Source of the DNA: the human T2T-CHM13v2.0 reference genome, Homo sapiens
DNA: 64,000 nucleotides
Strand: one strand, 5' to 3'
Assembly: GCF_009914755.1 (NCBI RefSeq)
Contig: NC_060931.1
Below are positions 1-13,200 of this stretch, piece after piece. Numbering within the stretch: position 1 is the stretch's first letter; the number at the start of each line of letters is the position of its first letter. The notes beneath the pieces are model-generated. The model saw nothing but the letters and a program-made list of their open reading frames with translations, ran no database searches and was not told the origin of the DNA. The position numbers and the translations under genes are program-made.

Positions 1-40
1 CAGGACATATATAATGATAATTTTATTTAAAAATTAAAAT

Positions 41-251
41 CAACATGGAAAGACCCCGTGTCTACCAAAAATGCAAAAATTAGCTGAGTGTGATAGTGTG
101 CGCCTGTCAACTCAGCTACTCAAGAGGCTGAGGTGGGAGGATCGCTTGAGCCCAGGAGGCAGAGGTTGCAGTGAGCTGAGATCACGCCACCACACTCCAA
201 CCTGGGTGACAGAGTGAAACCCTGTCTCAAATAAATAAATAAATAAATAAA
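41..251 (+). mobile_element. 5'-truncated Alu (AluJ-like) with (TAAA)n tail
   Basis: Alu right-arm sequence (gaggctgaggtgggaggatcgcttgagcccagg...ccctgtctc) followed by an aataaataa tail. Confidence 0.9.
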
Positions 252-867
252 ATTAACTGCCTTTAGCAGTTTGAGATGGGTGTGTTGATGGACTAAGGGC
301 AAACTCAAAGACTTAAAATTATAATTCATACAGAAATTGGACCTAAACAGTAGAGAAATACAGATACATTTTGTTTTCTATTTAAAGATTTTGAAAGCCA
401 TTAGGAAAAGATAATTATAATCCTGGCTTTGAGTAGGAATGTCAACAGGCAATGAATGTGTTCTTCTCTGAACAACCAACATGTATATCCACAGCTGCTT
501 CTAAGTGCAAAGGCCTGGCACACTTCCTTTCCTTGTAAGCAGAAAAAGGAAGAAAAAAAAGAAAAAGTTATCTCCTCAAAGAACTTCCTTCTTTCTCCAT
601 TACCTCCAACCTTGTCCTCCAAAAAAGAGATATTTTTTTATTTTGAGATGTCTTTTTCCTCTACTTGTTGGCATCATGAGATTTGCTCCCTGCTATTCTG
701 ACCTGGCACCTTCTCCTCATTTTGGGGTGCCAGATGCAATTGGTAGGCAAACATATTCCACCTGAATGGTGAGAATTAACCTGGGGGTGGGGTGGGGAGT
801 TGGGAAAGGGAAAACCTTATTTTAAGAAGTATCCATTTCTCTAAAAAAAAAAAAAAAAAAAAAAAAT

Positions 868-1151
868 GCCGGGCGTGGTGGCTCATGCCTGTAATCCTAG
901 CACTTTGGGAGGCTGAGGCAGAGGGATCACGAGGTCAGGAGTTCGAGAGACCATCCTGGCTAACACGGTGAAACCCTGTCTCTATTAAAAACACAAAAAA
1001 TTAGCCCGGCGTAGTGGCGGGGCGCCTGTAGTCCCAGCTACTAGGGAGGCTGAGGCAGGAGAATGGCGTGAACCCAGGAGGCGGAGCTTGCACAATGAGC
1101 CGAGATCGCGCCACTGCACTCCAGCCTGGGTGACAGAGTGAGACTCCATCT

Positions 1152-1188
<37 letters not shown>
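868..1188 (+). mobile_element. Full-length AluY-like SINE
   Basis: AluY-type motifs gatcacgaggtcagg, ctggctaacacggtg, gaatggcgtgaaccc, gcggagcttgca; A tail 1153-1188; A run 843-866 upstream. Confidence 0.95.
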
Positions 1189-1191
<3 letters not shown>

Positions 1192-1419
1192 TGGTTGCTG
1201 TGTTCCCAACCTGAAAAAGTTTTTTGGGGAAAACTGAAAGGATACAGTTACCGACTGAGGAAAGAGTTAAAGGAAGACAATGGATATTCACTTCCCTGCT
1301 GATCTTTATCTGCCCAAAATGTGCAGAAACTGTAACTGTTTCTTTTGCTTCAATAATGGAAAAATGGTTATATTTATGCAAAAAAAGCTAAACCATCACA
1401 GTAAAAAACAGCACCTAAA

Positions 1420-1510
1420 TGACTAAAGGCACAAACAAATCCAAAAGCAAACAAATTGATATCTCCCAACCGCAAAGTACTTATTACTGAAGCCCTTTGA
1501 CAGCTTTATT
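1420..1510 (-). terminator. Candidate polyadenylation signal of a minus-strand transcript
   Basis: AATAAA on the minus strand at 1510-1505, followed about 50 nt downstream by tttgtttgcttttggatttgtttgtg (U/GU-rich element); cleavage expected near 1485-1490. Confidence 0.55.
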
Positions 1511-3807
1511 GGATTTTTCTACAAAGATCACAATAGTTAATGCTTGCAATTAGCTTTTGAAATTAACTTGGAGTGCCCTACACTTAGAAGTTGGCTTAGT
1601 AAGCTAGTATCATGTTTTTCTTTTTGTTGTCCCAACTCTGTTTGCCCTTGCCCTTGTTGAGATTGCTGCTTTCTTTTTCTTTTTCTTTCTAGAGGTTTCA
1701 AATACACTACTTTATGGTATCTCAGGGTCCCAGAATCCAAAACTCTGTAAAAAATTCTATTGACAGTGGAGTTCAACAGTGTAACAAGGACGTCAATATG
1801 AGGATGTTGTCTAGGATGCAGAAGAATTCCAATAGATAAATGCTTAAGCCTCTCTTTTGTCTTGTTTTGCTACTTTTCCAAGGCAAGATGCCTGGGCCCC
1901 TCTTTCACAAAAAGTGCAAGGAAAGCGGACTTGACCTTTGCAGACTGTCTTAAATTTTAGGCTCTGTTTGTCAGCTGCTAGAGACCTCACCAAAGCAGTG
2001 AACTGAAAAACAAAGACAGTGAAACTGCAAATGCCGCCTGAGAAGGAAGCATTTATCCTATCACAATAGGTCTTTGTCTTTCCTGAATTTGGATTGAGTG
2101 TCTGGTTTAGTGTCCAGATATACTAACCATGGACACCTGACTTTCTCAAGGACAAAATGGGGGAAAAAATGCAAAGGTATTTTCTAGTCCGAACAGGGTT
2201 AGATGGAATTGCTACAAAGACTTTTTGCCAGAAAAAATCTGGGGCTAGCTAAGACTAGTAATTCTCATCCAGAAAGCTTCCACTCATAAAATAACTTGGT
2301 CTCCCCTTTCAGTCCCACCCAAATAATTATTTAACTTAAATATATACAACTACGAACGTTCCAAAAAAACTTATGAAAAGATGCATTGTATTGTACATGG
2401 GCCTTGAAAAAAAATTTTGTATTCAAGATTTATAGTAAAAGAAATAGGAGTTGTTCTCATTTTCTTTTTCATTTATGACCCCTTGAAACTGCAGAATTGA
2501 AACAATTAGCTGCCTGCTGTTTAACATTAAATGAGCATCACCATCACCCTTTGGCCATGCCGCGACTGTTTTCTTGAGCAGTATATCCCTGAGTGAGGCC
2601 CAACTACTGTACAGAAGGACTGAAATCTGAAAACTCCTTAGAATAACATTTCAGGGCTTCACTGCTGCTTGATCTGTTTCTTTTTAGCCTGTCCTAGAAA
2701 CAGTGAGGCACTGCCACATTTTTAAGGTGGGGGTGGGGGGCAGGGATAACATCTAAATTCCTCATGTATCTCAGAAATCTAAATTAAAACATTGAGGAAG
2801 CAGTTACTAGGTTGTTCTGACAAAGATAACAAGGCTGTGAGGATTGGATTTAGAAATGAACATTGCAGGGCTCTCTCAGTTGTAGCCAATCTGGAATGTC
2901 ACACTCCGACATACAAGTAGTTAGGACGAACTTAAATAGCCAGACCCCATAAAAGAAAAAAAAAAAAAGTAGCATTGCACATTATTATGGGCTGTAAGGC
3001 TTGGTACCATTATTATAGAATGCTGTACCATTTTGTTTCAATTAAGGAACACAAATAAATCACAATAAAAAATCGTTCAATAGGTTTGGAATCACTCTAT
3101 ATAGTCATAACAAAGCTACCACACTGTTTAAATTGCCCGCTGAGAACCATCATTTGGTAATGACTAACAGAGAAAGGGGACTAAGGGCCTCTTTCTCAAT
3201 GTTCTGAAAACCACTTGGAATCCCATTCTCTCCTGATCCTCCCCAGCAGTTATGAGGATGGTGTGAGAAGGCACAGAAGGATCCCAGGGTCACAGACAGG
3301 CTTACAGCAGATACTTGGGAGCCCAAGGCCGTGGAACCTTTCCACATGGCTGCTCTGGAGACTGTGGTCAAGATAAGTGGGTCTCCGTGTCCGTGTCTTT
3401 GTGCCCCTGGTCCACCTCCCTGTCTCACAGCGATGTCCGTATTTCACAGCCTGGGCGGAATGAGCGCCTCTCGGGGGCCTTCATTCCAGCCAGAGCATAG
3501 CAGGTTGGTCAGCATAGAGGCCTTGAGTGGCAGGAGAGTGCTTGGCTGTAGCAAGAATAGTCAGGGTCCCCCCTGCAGCCATCCAACTCTGGGCAGAGCT
3601 GATCAGACATCTCCTGAAATTTCCATTACATCAATATCATAGTTGTTAGAACAAAGCATGGAACACTCATCTGTTTTACAGAATTTATTTGCACTACTCA
3701 TTCTGCCTTTATGAAGCAGGCTGCATGGAACGGGTGAACATATTCCCAGGAAACAGTTCCCTGATAACTTAGGAGCCTCCAAGTCTGCCGAGTGTTGCTC
3801 TAGTTTT
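1485..3807 (-). other. Candidate terminal exon / 3' UTR (~2.3 kb) of an unidentified minus-strand gene
   Basis: Acceptor ctcacttctttgttacag|AAAAC with branch-like ctcac (AG at 3809-3808); no recognisable repeats; U-rich on the minus strand; ends at the poly(A) signal; UGUAUAUA Pumilio-type motif at 2348-2341. Confidence 0.5.
3769..3807 (-). CDS. Possible coding start of the terminal exon (phase 0: KTRATLGRLGGS*); frame uncertain
   Basis: Translated from the acceptor. Phase 1 gives xN*; phase 2 gives RKLEQHSADL...GDV* (ORF 3603-3839). No protein recognised. Confidence 0.25.
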   Translation of the reverse strand, partial: KTRATLGRLGGS

Positions 3808-4771
3808 CTGTAACAAAGAAGTGAGTGTTGGTGCTTCAAATAAAAGCTATTTTTTGCCCTCCTATAATTGAGGTTGGGTGAATTTCCTATATAATTTTTT
3901 TCCTTTTCCTTTTTCTTTTTTTTAAGAAGGTGTTTTACTGCTCATTATCTTTTCTCTATTGTGACTGTAGATATTTTTTGTGGGATTCCCCTTGTTCACT
4001 TTTCTCTCTACCTTCCCATGCTGAGGATTAAAAAATCCCACAGATTTGTTTTACTACTGTGAGCATAAAAAGCAGCAAGTTTGCATTTTGAACAGAGCAG
4101 AGATTAAGGCATTGGCAGCCTTGAAATAGCTCTTTCTCAACTTCCATTCCCATGAGGTTATCCACATAAAGTTGCTCTTAGTACAGGGTCAGTGTGATGA
4201 AATGTATTTGTTGAATCTCTTTGGTGCCAAAGCTTTTGCCAACAATCTGATCTACCTGATAGTGGTACTATTTCAGAAATGTCCAGTCAGTGGAGCAAAT
4301 ATGGTGCCTGTGGATTTTCAAGCACAGCAATGATAGCTGAATCTACAGCAAGCAAACACTCTATATTTTGTCTTTTACCCTTAGAAACAGGTATGCAGGA
4401 ATAAAGAAATAATCAGAGTTTATAAAGTAGGAATTTTTATTTTAGTAGTAAACCTTAGTTGGACCTAAATTCCAAATAGAATACCACTAGGGTGGCGATA
4501 GTATTACACAGTCCTTTAGGCGTCTCTCAGGTCCATAACCAGGGATCCCCATGAGGACTCTCTAACAAGAATATAATATGCAAATGTGTAAAAAGGGAAG
4601 TATTATATTAAAAGTTGTAAAAACAAGGCATCAAGAAATATGCATCATGTTAGCAGAAAAACGACAACAAAAATTATGAAGTGACCAAAATACAAATGTT
4701 ATGAGGGCAATCATAATTTACTTAAAAAAAGTTTGCTGCGTCAGGACAGGCAAAAGTGACATTTTTCTTAC

Positions 4772-4797
4772 CTTTCCATTCTCCAACTTGAAATTTC
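4772..4797 (-). other. Candidate small exon (26 nt; alternative acceptor at 4924)
   Basis: Strong donor AAG|gtaaga; acceptor aatcag|G has a weak pyrimidine tract. Confidence 0.3.
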
Positions 4798-5599
4798 CTG
4801 ATTCACAGATTCACGTATACATCCAAAATATACCAGAATAAAACCAGCATTTATTCATATTGCTGGGCCCACAGCACTTGCAACCTTGTCAGATCTCATG
4901 CCAGCTTTGTTAGGTTGAAACGTCCTATTGCAGAAGGTCTTGGATTGAGATGATAGGTGTGGGAGACAGGTTGAAAAGCTGAGGATAGCTCAATATTGGG
5001 GCTGAGAGAGAACAGTCAACTATTCCTATGGAAGATAGGTGTGTGTATGGGTTGGGGGGCTGGCAGGAGGAGTGGATGGGAATAGGAGGCAGGTGACAAT
5101 GGACCAGTCTTACTATGTGGCTACCTCTCCTTGCCCAGCTAGAAACTTTGAATTCAACAATAAAATCTTCAAAGAATTCACAGATGCCAATAAAAATGAT
5201 GCCCCTCTACAGCTTTTCCTCCTGCTTCCAATATAAAAGCAGTCTTAAAATAATTCACAGAAGCCTCTGGGATCTGGAATGGGGAAAAGCATCAGCCTTC
5301 ATAACGATACCAGCATATGAATGTGATTTCTCGTGCCAACAGCTTCCAGAGCTTGGAATTTCACCCAGCTTCATGAACGTTGGGGGAGTCCCCTAGTGCC
5401 CTGGCCTGTCAGCTCATCCCCCACCCCACTGGAAGTAGGGGAAAGATCAGGGGGTAAAAGGAAATGATTGTTAAGGAGGGTAATAGAGAGAAATAGGTAT
5501 GGAAAATGGAAAAAACCATGCAGATCATGTAGGAAGTGTGGGCTCTGCTACTAAGCAGTTCTGAAGAGGGAAATAATCCTAAGAATACCAACAATATCC

Positions 5600-5960
5600 A
5601 TGGGGCATGTTTATTTGCCTGGCACTGTTGAGAGTTTTATATGGAGTATTAACTCCATTTTTAAGACTGGAAAGTGAGGCTCAGAGAGAAAGTTGCTGAA
5701 ATTCACACACGTGTACATTGAAAATCTGGAACTTGAAACTTGAACTAGGTCTGCACACTGTAACCACCCGCAATGTTACCTCCCACAGTGGGAGGGACCC
5801 TGGGTTGCTGGCACTAGTTGATGTGGTCCGCTGGCTGGTGCCAAAGAGTACAAGAACGCTCATGTATTGAACAGCAATGTTTTCTTGGGCACTTTACAGG
5901 TGATCTCATTTTATTTTCATCACAGCTTTAGGAATTAGGATTACCATCCTTAATCTAGAG
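5600..5960. mobile_element. MIR fragments
   Basis: MIR core-like aaagtgaggctcagagag and tgatctcattttattttcatcacagc. Confidence 0.6.
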
Positions 5961-5994
5961 ATGTATTATTTGGGACTTTAAAACGCTTCATTAA

Positions 5995-6175
5995 AATAGC
6001 CCTGCATGGTGGTGTGTGCCTGTGGTCCCAGTTACTCAGGAGGCTGAGGTGGGAGGATCACTTGAGTTGGATGGGGCAGAGGTTGCAGTGTGCTGAGATT
6101 GCACCACTGCACTCCAGTCTGGGTGACAGTGAGACCCTATCTGAAAAAACAAACAAACATACAAACAAAGAAAAC
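5995..6175 (+). mobile_element. Alu right monomer (FRAM/AluJ)
   Basis: cctgtggtcccagttactcaggaggctgagg...gagaccctatct; (CAAA)n tail; cttcattaa on both sides (likely TSD). Confidence 0.88.
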
Positions 6176-6179
6176 TTCA

Positions 6180-6700
6180 TTAATTGATTTATTCATCCAT
6201 TGAACAATTAATTGCTGAACACTTAACTATTTTACACAGCCAGCTGGTAGACATAGAATAAAGAGCAAAAAAATTTAATGTTTTATCCTCAACAGGCTTG
6301 CTTTCTGATAGGGAAAAGGAAAAGTTAATCACATAACCACACTGATGACTGTTTAATTACACATGTAGACGACTCTCTGAAGGAAAAACTCTTCCAGATT
6401 TCAGGAGGCGTCAGCGACACACGAACATCATGACCCACACTGGACAGGGTGAAGGCGGGGTGGCCTTCAGGGGTGGCTTTGCTAAAGAGGTGATCTCAAA
6501 CTAGAAGCTGAAAGATGAGAATGACCTGACTAGTTGAAGGGGTGTGCATGCATGTGTGGTGCACGTGTGTTGTGGTGGGATTTTAATCAGAGGATTTTTG
6601 TCAGAAGGAACAGCAATGCAAAGGCTCGTGGCTCCAGCGTAGTTGGAATTCCAGTGCGGCAGGAAGGTAGAGCTCAAAAGGCTTGGGGAAGGAAGCTGGA
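6180..6700 (-). mobile_element. L2 fragment
   Basis: L2 3'-end-like attcatccattgaac and gaaggaacagcaatgcaaaggc. Confidence 0.55.
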
Positions 6701-6919
6701 AACAAGGCCTTACCAATGCATTGTAGTTTGGGTTTCTGTGCTAGAGTTCATGTTTCACTTCTTACCCCAGATTCAAAAGCCTGGGCCTTCACATCTGTTT
6801 CTGAGCATGGGCTCATAAGCCTGCCCCATCTGACCCAGCTCTATGTAGGCACATCTCCTTGCTTTTCTGGGAATGCAGTCCAGGGAAAAAAACACCCACT
6901 GTACCCTTTGACTGCGAAG

Positions 6920-8080
6920 AGGCAAACATCAAATCCTGGCTTGGCCGTTTTGCAGGTGAGTGAATTGGAATAAGTCCTTTGACATTTTCAAGCTTTGGTT
7001 GTGTGCATGGTATGTAAAAGTTTTGATGTAGGGAATAAAGGAGAGGATGCTATGGAGTGCTCAGCCCAGTGCCTTGCACATAGTGAGATGCTCAGGAAAC
7101 ACTTGCCCTTATTGTGTGTGTAAATGGGAGGTTGGCATTTCCTGACCCAAGACATGGGCTGGCACTTCATAAAAGCCGTCTTCTTCCTCTCCTCAGTTAG
7201 TGAGATATATACTTGTTATATCCAAAATGCATTAATCCAGAAATATACTTGAAGAATCCAAAATCCCCTGGATAGGGCATCAATTAACTTACTGGAATTT
7301 AAAAATTTAGTAATAATGAATTAATTGGTTTACAAAAAATTGAATTGGGGGCTAAGTGCCTAGCCCTGTGACGTATAACCCTGTATATAATACAAAAGAA
7401 AACCAAGCTCTGTGTGTGCCTCAGGGTGTTCCCACTCTCAATGGGGATAAATAACATATTTGGAACTCATAGAACACAGACACAGAAGAAATATTCAAGG
7501 AAATTCCAAACAGGTTATTTTAAATAGCCAAAATGTGTAGATAAACTACCCTGCATATTTTCTAAAAAAGAAAGTCTACTATGGAGATGATTTCTTGGAA
7601 AAGATTAGGCCTCCAAAAACAGGTAAACACTAACATAGTGAAAAAATATATACGTGGCTTACAGTCTGGTAAAGCTAATTTGACTTAACTCTGCCAGTTC
7701 CTAGTTATTTGACCTTAGATAAAATATTTAAACAACCTGAAATTTCTTATTGGTAGAATTGGAGAATGTACCCATTTCATAAATGAGAGAATTTAAGTAG
7801 ACGCTCTGGCATGTTTAACAAGTGGATGTTATTATTTTATTTTATATGAGTCATTAGTTTAACATCTAGGTTAAGCACAGGGCACAGATGAGTTAGAGCA
7901 ACCAATCTATGTCTAAATCCCAACTCTACTGTCAGCTACTGCCTGGACATGAGGCAAATCACTTTGCCTACCTGAGCTTCATTTTCTTTTCCAGATCTGT
8001 TAGACTCATACCCACTAACCATGGCTGTTACGAGATAACATCTGTTACTGCACAGCAAATGTCCAATCATGGTAGCTGTT
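6920..8080. mobile_element. Several degenerate MIR fragments
   Basis: aatcctggcttggcc, ctctgccagttcctagttatttgaccttag, ctgagcttcattttc motifs. Confidence 0.55.
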
Positions 8081-8550
8081 TGACTGGTTTTCTATTATTG
8101 TTGTTATTATTGTTACCATTATTATTATTTGTTAACCTTTGATGGGTAGAAAGAAAGCAAAGAGACAGAGCAGAAGAAAAGTACGAGGAAAAGCCAAAAA
8201 TCTAGAATGAAATTAATGAAGAGGCAACTTTAATGTAGGAGAGAGTCTCGGTAAGAAAACGATGATAAAGTAGAAGAAACAGGAAGAAATCAGAGTAAAA
8301 ATGGAATTCAGGAAACCATCCGAGGCCCCAGTGTGTCCACATAATCTCCAAGCCTTCCTAGAGATTGTTGGGAAACAGCAGTCCACCACCTTGTATAGTA
8401 ACGCATCACATGTCTCACAACTCCTCAGTTTTTAGGGTCTTCTTCCCCTGTCGTCACAGTCTAATTCTTCATTGTGGTTCAGTGCAGAAGAGGAGTCAGT
8501 AAGCCTTCCTTGCAGAATAGAGTTTTTGTCTATTTTAAAATATATTTATT

Positions 8551-8862
8551 GGCTGGGAGTGGTGGCTCATGCTTGTAATCCCAGCACTTTGGGGGGCTGA
8601 ATCGGGCAGATCACTTGAGGTCAGGAGTACGAGAGCAGCCTGGCCAACGTGGTGAAACCCTGTCTCTACTAAAATTACAAAAATTAGCCAAGCACGGTGT
8701 CATGTGCCTGTAATCCCAGCTACTCAGGGAGCTGAGGCAGGAGAATTTCTTGAACCCAGGAGATGGAGATGGAGGTTGCAGTGAGCCAAGATCGCGCCAC
8801 TGCACTCCAGCCTGGGTGACAAGTGAGAGTCCACCTCAAAAAAATAAAAAAATAAATAAAAA
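8551..8862 (+). mobile_element. AluS with 15-bp TSD
   Basis: Full Alu dimer; TSD taaaatatatttatt at 8536-8550 and 8863-8877. Confidence 0.95.
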
Positions 8863-9212
8863 TAAAATATATTTATTTATATTGTCGCCCATTTTTAATA
8901 GCAATTTGCTGCTAAATTGGTGAGGTGAAATGATCTTTCTGAAGCAACAATCACGACAACATTGAGCACTCGGGGTGTGGCAGCCACTCCTAACACAGTA
9001 GGACTGACTTCAGTATTTTTATGTTACACATGAGCAGATACTTTTGAAGGGTGAAATAACCTCTATCTCCATGTGCCAGCGAAGGAGCAGAACCAAGGCG
9101 TGACCCCGGTGTACTTGCATTACCAGCAAGCTTTGTCCCTAATTTCCAGAGGAAACTTTCCTTTGGGCTCCTGTGGTTGTCAGAGTCAGCATTCCCTTTG
9201 AAAAGGGGCATT

Positions 9213-9548
9213 TGCCATGGTGTGAATGTTTATGTCTCCCCAAAATGCATATGTTGAAATCCTTCCCACATGCCCCCAAGGTATTAGGAGGTGGGGTCTT
9301 TGGGAGGTGATTGGGTCATGGGGCAGAGCCTTCATGAATGGAATTAGTGCCTTTATTAAAGAGGCCCTAGAGAGACCCCTCGCCCTTTCCACTATGTGAG
9401 GACACAGTGAGAAATCACCTTCTATGAACCAGAAAATGGGCCCTCACCAGACACGGAATCTGCCAATACTTTGGACTTCACAGTCTCCGGGAAGAGTGAA
9501 TGTCTGCTTTATGGTATTTTATTAGAGCAACTGGAATGAACTAAGACA
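9213..9548 (+). mobile_element. MaLR solo LTR (MSTD/MSTC-like)
   Basis: tgccatggtgtgaatgtttatgtc...ggtgattgggtcatggggcagagcc...ctaagaca. Confidence 0.85.
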
Positions 9549-9681
9549 GAGTTGAAGGTATATTAAAGGAGCTGAAGATGTATAAACAGGAATAAATAAA
9601 CTCATCTCCTTCAGATATTTCTTCATCCCGTCATTTTTGTTTCCCACTCTGCCTACTTAGTAGTATTTCCGTAATGCTTAC

Positions 9682-9712
9682 CATGTCCTGGTCTCAGTTG
9701 GATCCAACTAGA
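9682..9712 (-). other. Candidate small exon (31 nt)
   Basis: (tttg)n pyrimidine tract, ttaag|TCTAG acceptor, strong donor ATG|gtaagc. Confidence 0.35.
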
Positions 9713-10555
9713 CTTAAACAAACAAACAAACAAAAAATCAGGAGAGTAGTGTAAAGAATACTTCAAACAATGAAATCAATCTCATTTTCAATTGCAATAC
9801 GTACCATAGAATGTGAATTAGGAAGAAAGGAAGAAGAGTTGGCTACTATTTACAGTTATGCTCACATGAATGTCCATTTTCAAGTTATGATTAAAAATAC
9901 GTAAAACAAATATCCACAATCCTCAAGAGTCTCTCCCATCTGGAGCAGAGTTTCTGTAACTTGATAGGCAACCTTGTGTATCGCAGGTAAAGTCTGAAAT
10001 GGGGATGGAAAATAGAAAAGCCTGCAGGCCACAAACAGTGGTGGGCAAAACAGGCAGCCTCATCCCATTGAGACAGACAAACCATTCTGCATAGGGAACA
10101 CATGCTCATTCTCCAGAAATGGACTGTCACTTTTTTTCTTGAAAAACACATTCTGGAGACAATCTTGTTTTCCCCTTTTGACTTTCGCTAAAGACATGGC
10201 TACAGAGCATCATGTCCCTCCATGAGGAAGACAATAGTGACAAGAGCAGTGAGCTGTGATGAATGGGTGCTTGCCTCATCCACTTCCACCACCAACAAGG
10301 CTGCACTTGAAATTTCCATTTCTATAAACCAAAAATAAAAGCACTATAAAAACATAAATGTATTGTATGTTTAAAATATTTTTAATTTCTACTTTTTGAT
10401 GAATAATGGTTTCCTGGATTTTACATATTATTGCTTATAATTATGTTTTCCCTTAACACATTGAAGCCAGTAGTTTATTGCAATAACGATGAAGCGTTGT
10501 GTGTTCTTCCTCCAACTTATCTCTTCTCTCTTATAAATAACCTGACAAACATAAC

Positions 10556-10594
10556 CTCAGCTCTGCTCACATAGCTTTTGTTATGATCCTTCAC
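10556..10594 (-). other. Candidate small exon (39 nt, VKDHNKSYVSRAE)
   Basis: Acceptor tcttttag|GTG; weak donor GAG|gttatg. Confidence 0.2.
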
Positions 10595-11049
10595 CTAAAA
10601 GATTTTTCTTCTTCCAGAAGGAGACATTGGATATATGTGGAAAGGAAAGCTCAAGATGGCAGATTGAACACTCACTGGAACCTGAAGCTTCTAATACAAA
10701 TAAATTGACAAAGCACTTTACAAGATATATTGTGGGCCAGAACCAGAGATCAAATCCACAGCAGGAAGCAGGGGTTAAAGATCAGAAGGACTTAAACCCT
10801 TGCCCTTGGGTTTTACAGCTACATGGGGATGGACGGGGTTGAGCACACACTGTACGTGGCAGGCTCCTTGCATGAAGTTTGGGAGGTAGGACCAAGCTGC
10901 CTCACATGAATGAAGGCAGGAGGAGTTCCATATTCAGGAATAGAAGCAGAATTACCAATCGAGGCCAGGACTCAACATGCATAATAGAAGGCCTACCTGT
11001 TTGCCATCTTTGTGGTAGTACAGTCTGACATCTAGTTTAGAACCATGTG

Positions 11050-12320
11050 TCTTCTAAAGACTATGGTGGCAGCAGCCCATACCACGGACTGGAAAAAATT
11101 CCCCACAGACAAACTCTAAAATGAGAATTACAAAGCAGATGAGGAAGTCTAGATGCATAAAAAGAATCACCAAATTGAAAAATTCACATGTGAAAATAGA
11201 GATAATAGAAAAATGTTCATTCATAAAAAAATACAATATTCTCAAAGAGAGGAAAGATGGAATACTATTCATGAAAAATGAAGAACAAAAACAAAACAGA
11301 AGGTTACAAAAACAAGAACAGATGTATGTATCAAAAAACCAAATGTAAGTTTCATTAGATGAGTTAAACTGGTTACTGGGAAAAGATGAAGACAGAATTT
11401 TTAAGACGGAAGACAAAACTAAGAAATCAGTATAGAAAGATGAAGTTTTGGAAAATATGGAAGAAAGGCAGGAGACACAGGATAGATCAAAAGTTCAACT
11501 TAACTCTCTGATTCAGAAAGAAAGAATAGGGAGAAGAGTTAAGAGACAGAGTTCAAATAGATGATGGCTTAGAATTTTCCATAACTGAAAATAAGCCCTA
11601 ATATTTTCCATTGATGGATAGTTTTGAGGATTAAAAACAGAGACTATATTACATAGAGTCACTGTAGAGAAAATGCACAATCTGAAGATGAAGAGAAAAT
11701 TCTAAAAGCTAATAAAATAGACAATACCCAGAAATGACAATCATTTGATGATTCTCAATAGTAATAATACATAACCTAAGGCAATAGAACACTGGCTTCA
11801 ACGCATTAAGGGAAAATATAATTACAAACAATATTACGTAAAATACAGAAAACAATTATTCATGAAATAGTAGAAATTAAAAATATTGTAGACATAAAAA
11901 AGTTTGCTATTCTCAATGAACAATGAATATAGAATGAAAGAGTTAATGGTGAACAAAAGGGTAACTTCCAAACTGGGGAGAGGAAAATAAAAATGTAATT
12001 AACTTAATAGAATTCAGAAAATTAATAAAGAAATAAAGCAAGAAGAAATCATAACTATAAAGCATAAAATATGATTGAAACAATAAATAAAGAATACTTC
12101 AGCAACTATAATGTCAGTAATTTCCCTCAATTCAAAGATAGAGACCTCAAGTTAGATTGTTTAAAATCCAGTTATAAGTATTTGCAAGACATACATTTAA
12201 AACAAGACAGTATAAAAAGGTGAGCATAAATACAAGGAAAAATAAATACAGCACCACCAAAAAGTGGTTGTAAATTAATGAAAGTCAAAATAGAATGCAG
12301 ACTAAAATAATTATTTTGGG
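11050..12320 (+). mobile_element. Old L1 (L1M-type) ORF1 / ORF2-start remnant
   Basis: A-rich degenerate L1 ORF1-like sequence (agagaaaattctaaaagc, ttagaattttccataactga). Confidence 0.7.
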
Positions 12321-12569
12321 AAAGTCAGTTAGCACCTTTCTTCCTTAATTTTCTCATCTGTCAGCTGTAAACAGCAATAGCAACTACCTCAATGTTTTGT
12401 GATGAGTGAGTTAAATATAGAATGCTTAAAACAGTAGTAGGCATATAATACGTGCTTTATACATCTTATAAAACTCTTATCTACAAATATAATATTCATC
12501 ACAATTATTATTATTATTAAAGAATAACAGAAATTAATGCAGATCAATGTAAATCATACAAAAGTTTAA

Positions 12570-13200
12570 AAGCCAAACAATATGATTTTGGTGATGATGT
12601 GAAAAAATATACACTTGTGCAGTTTTTATAAGCAGTACTTTTACATGGTATGATAACCAAAATGGCATAAAATACAATATAGAACTCTTGCTCCTACCTC
12701 TGTCCTAGTCTACATCATTCCCCATCTTCAACTCTAGGTAACCACTTTTATTTGTTTCTCGCTTATAAAAAAAATTCTTTATGCAAAATCAAGCAATATG
12801 ATTATATTTTCCCCTTTCTTACACCAAAAAAAATACACTGTTTCTGCACTTCACTTGTTTTAATGTATTCTGGAGATTTTCCCATGCTAGTATGTTAGGA
12901 AGACTCTCATTTTTTCAGCTGCATAGTATTTAACATTTAAATATACCATAATTAATTTAGAGAGGGTTCTCTTGGTGGATAATTGGGTAGTTTCTAGTCT
13001 TTTGGTGTCATAAAAAATGTTTCAGTAAATAATCTTGCTCACATATTATGCAAATGTATACAGGGATATCTGTAGGACAAATTTTCAGAAGTAGGGTTAT
13101 TGGGTCAAAGAGTAGGTGAATTTGTAATTTGTGTAACAACTGACAATTTTCTTTCCATAGTGGTTATTCCATTTTGAAATTCCATCTGCAATGTACTACA
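12570..13200 (-). mobile_element. Old L1 (L1ME-like) 3' region
   Basis: gctgcatagtatt, agaagtagggttattgggtcaaag. Confidence 0.7.

Noticed and set aside
3052-3070. Plus-strand AATAAA pair suggesting a convergent gene end
   Set aside because: A-rich context without a GU-rich downstream element.
1485-3807. Assigning a gene symbol
   Set aside because: Neither the UTR nor any candidate peptide was recognised.
9891-9993. Strong minus-strand acceptor (ccccatttcag|ACT) with an open frame
   Set aside because: No convincing nearby donor; an equally good plus-strand donor overlaps it, showing how easily chance sites arise.
11121-11348. Lys-rich ORF, also 16987-17169
   Set aside because: Decayed L1 ORF1/ORF2 remnants.
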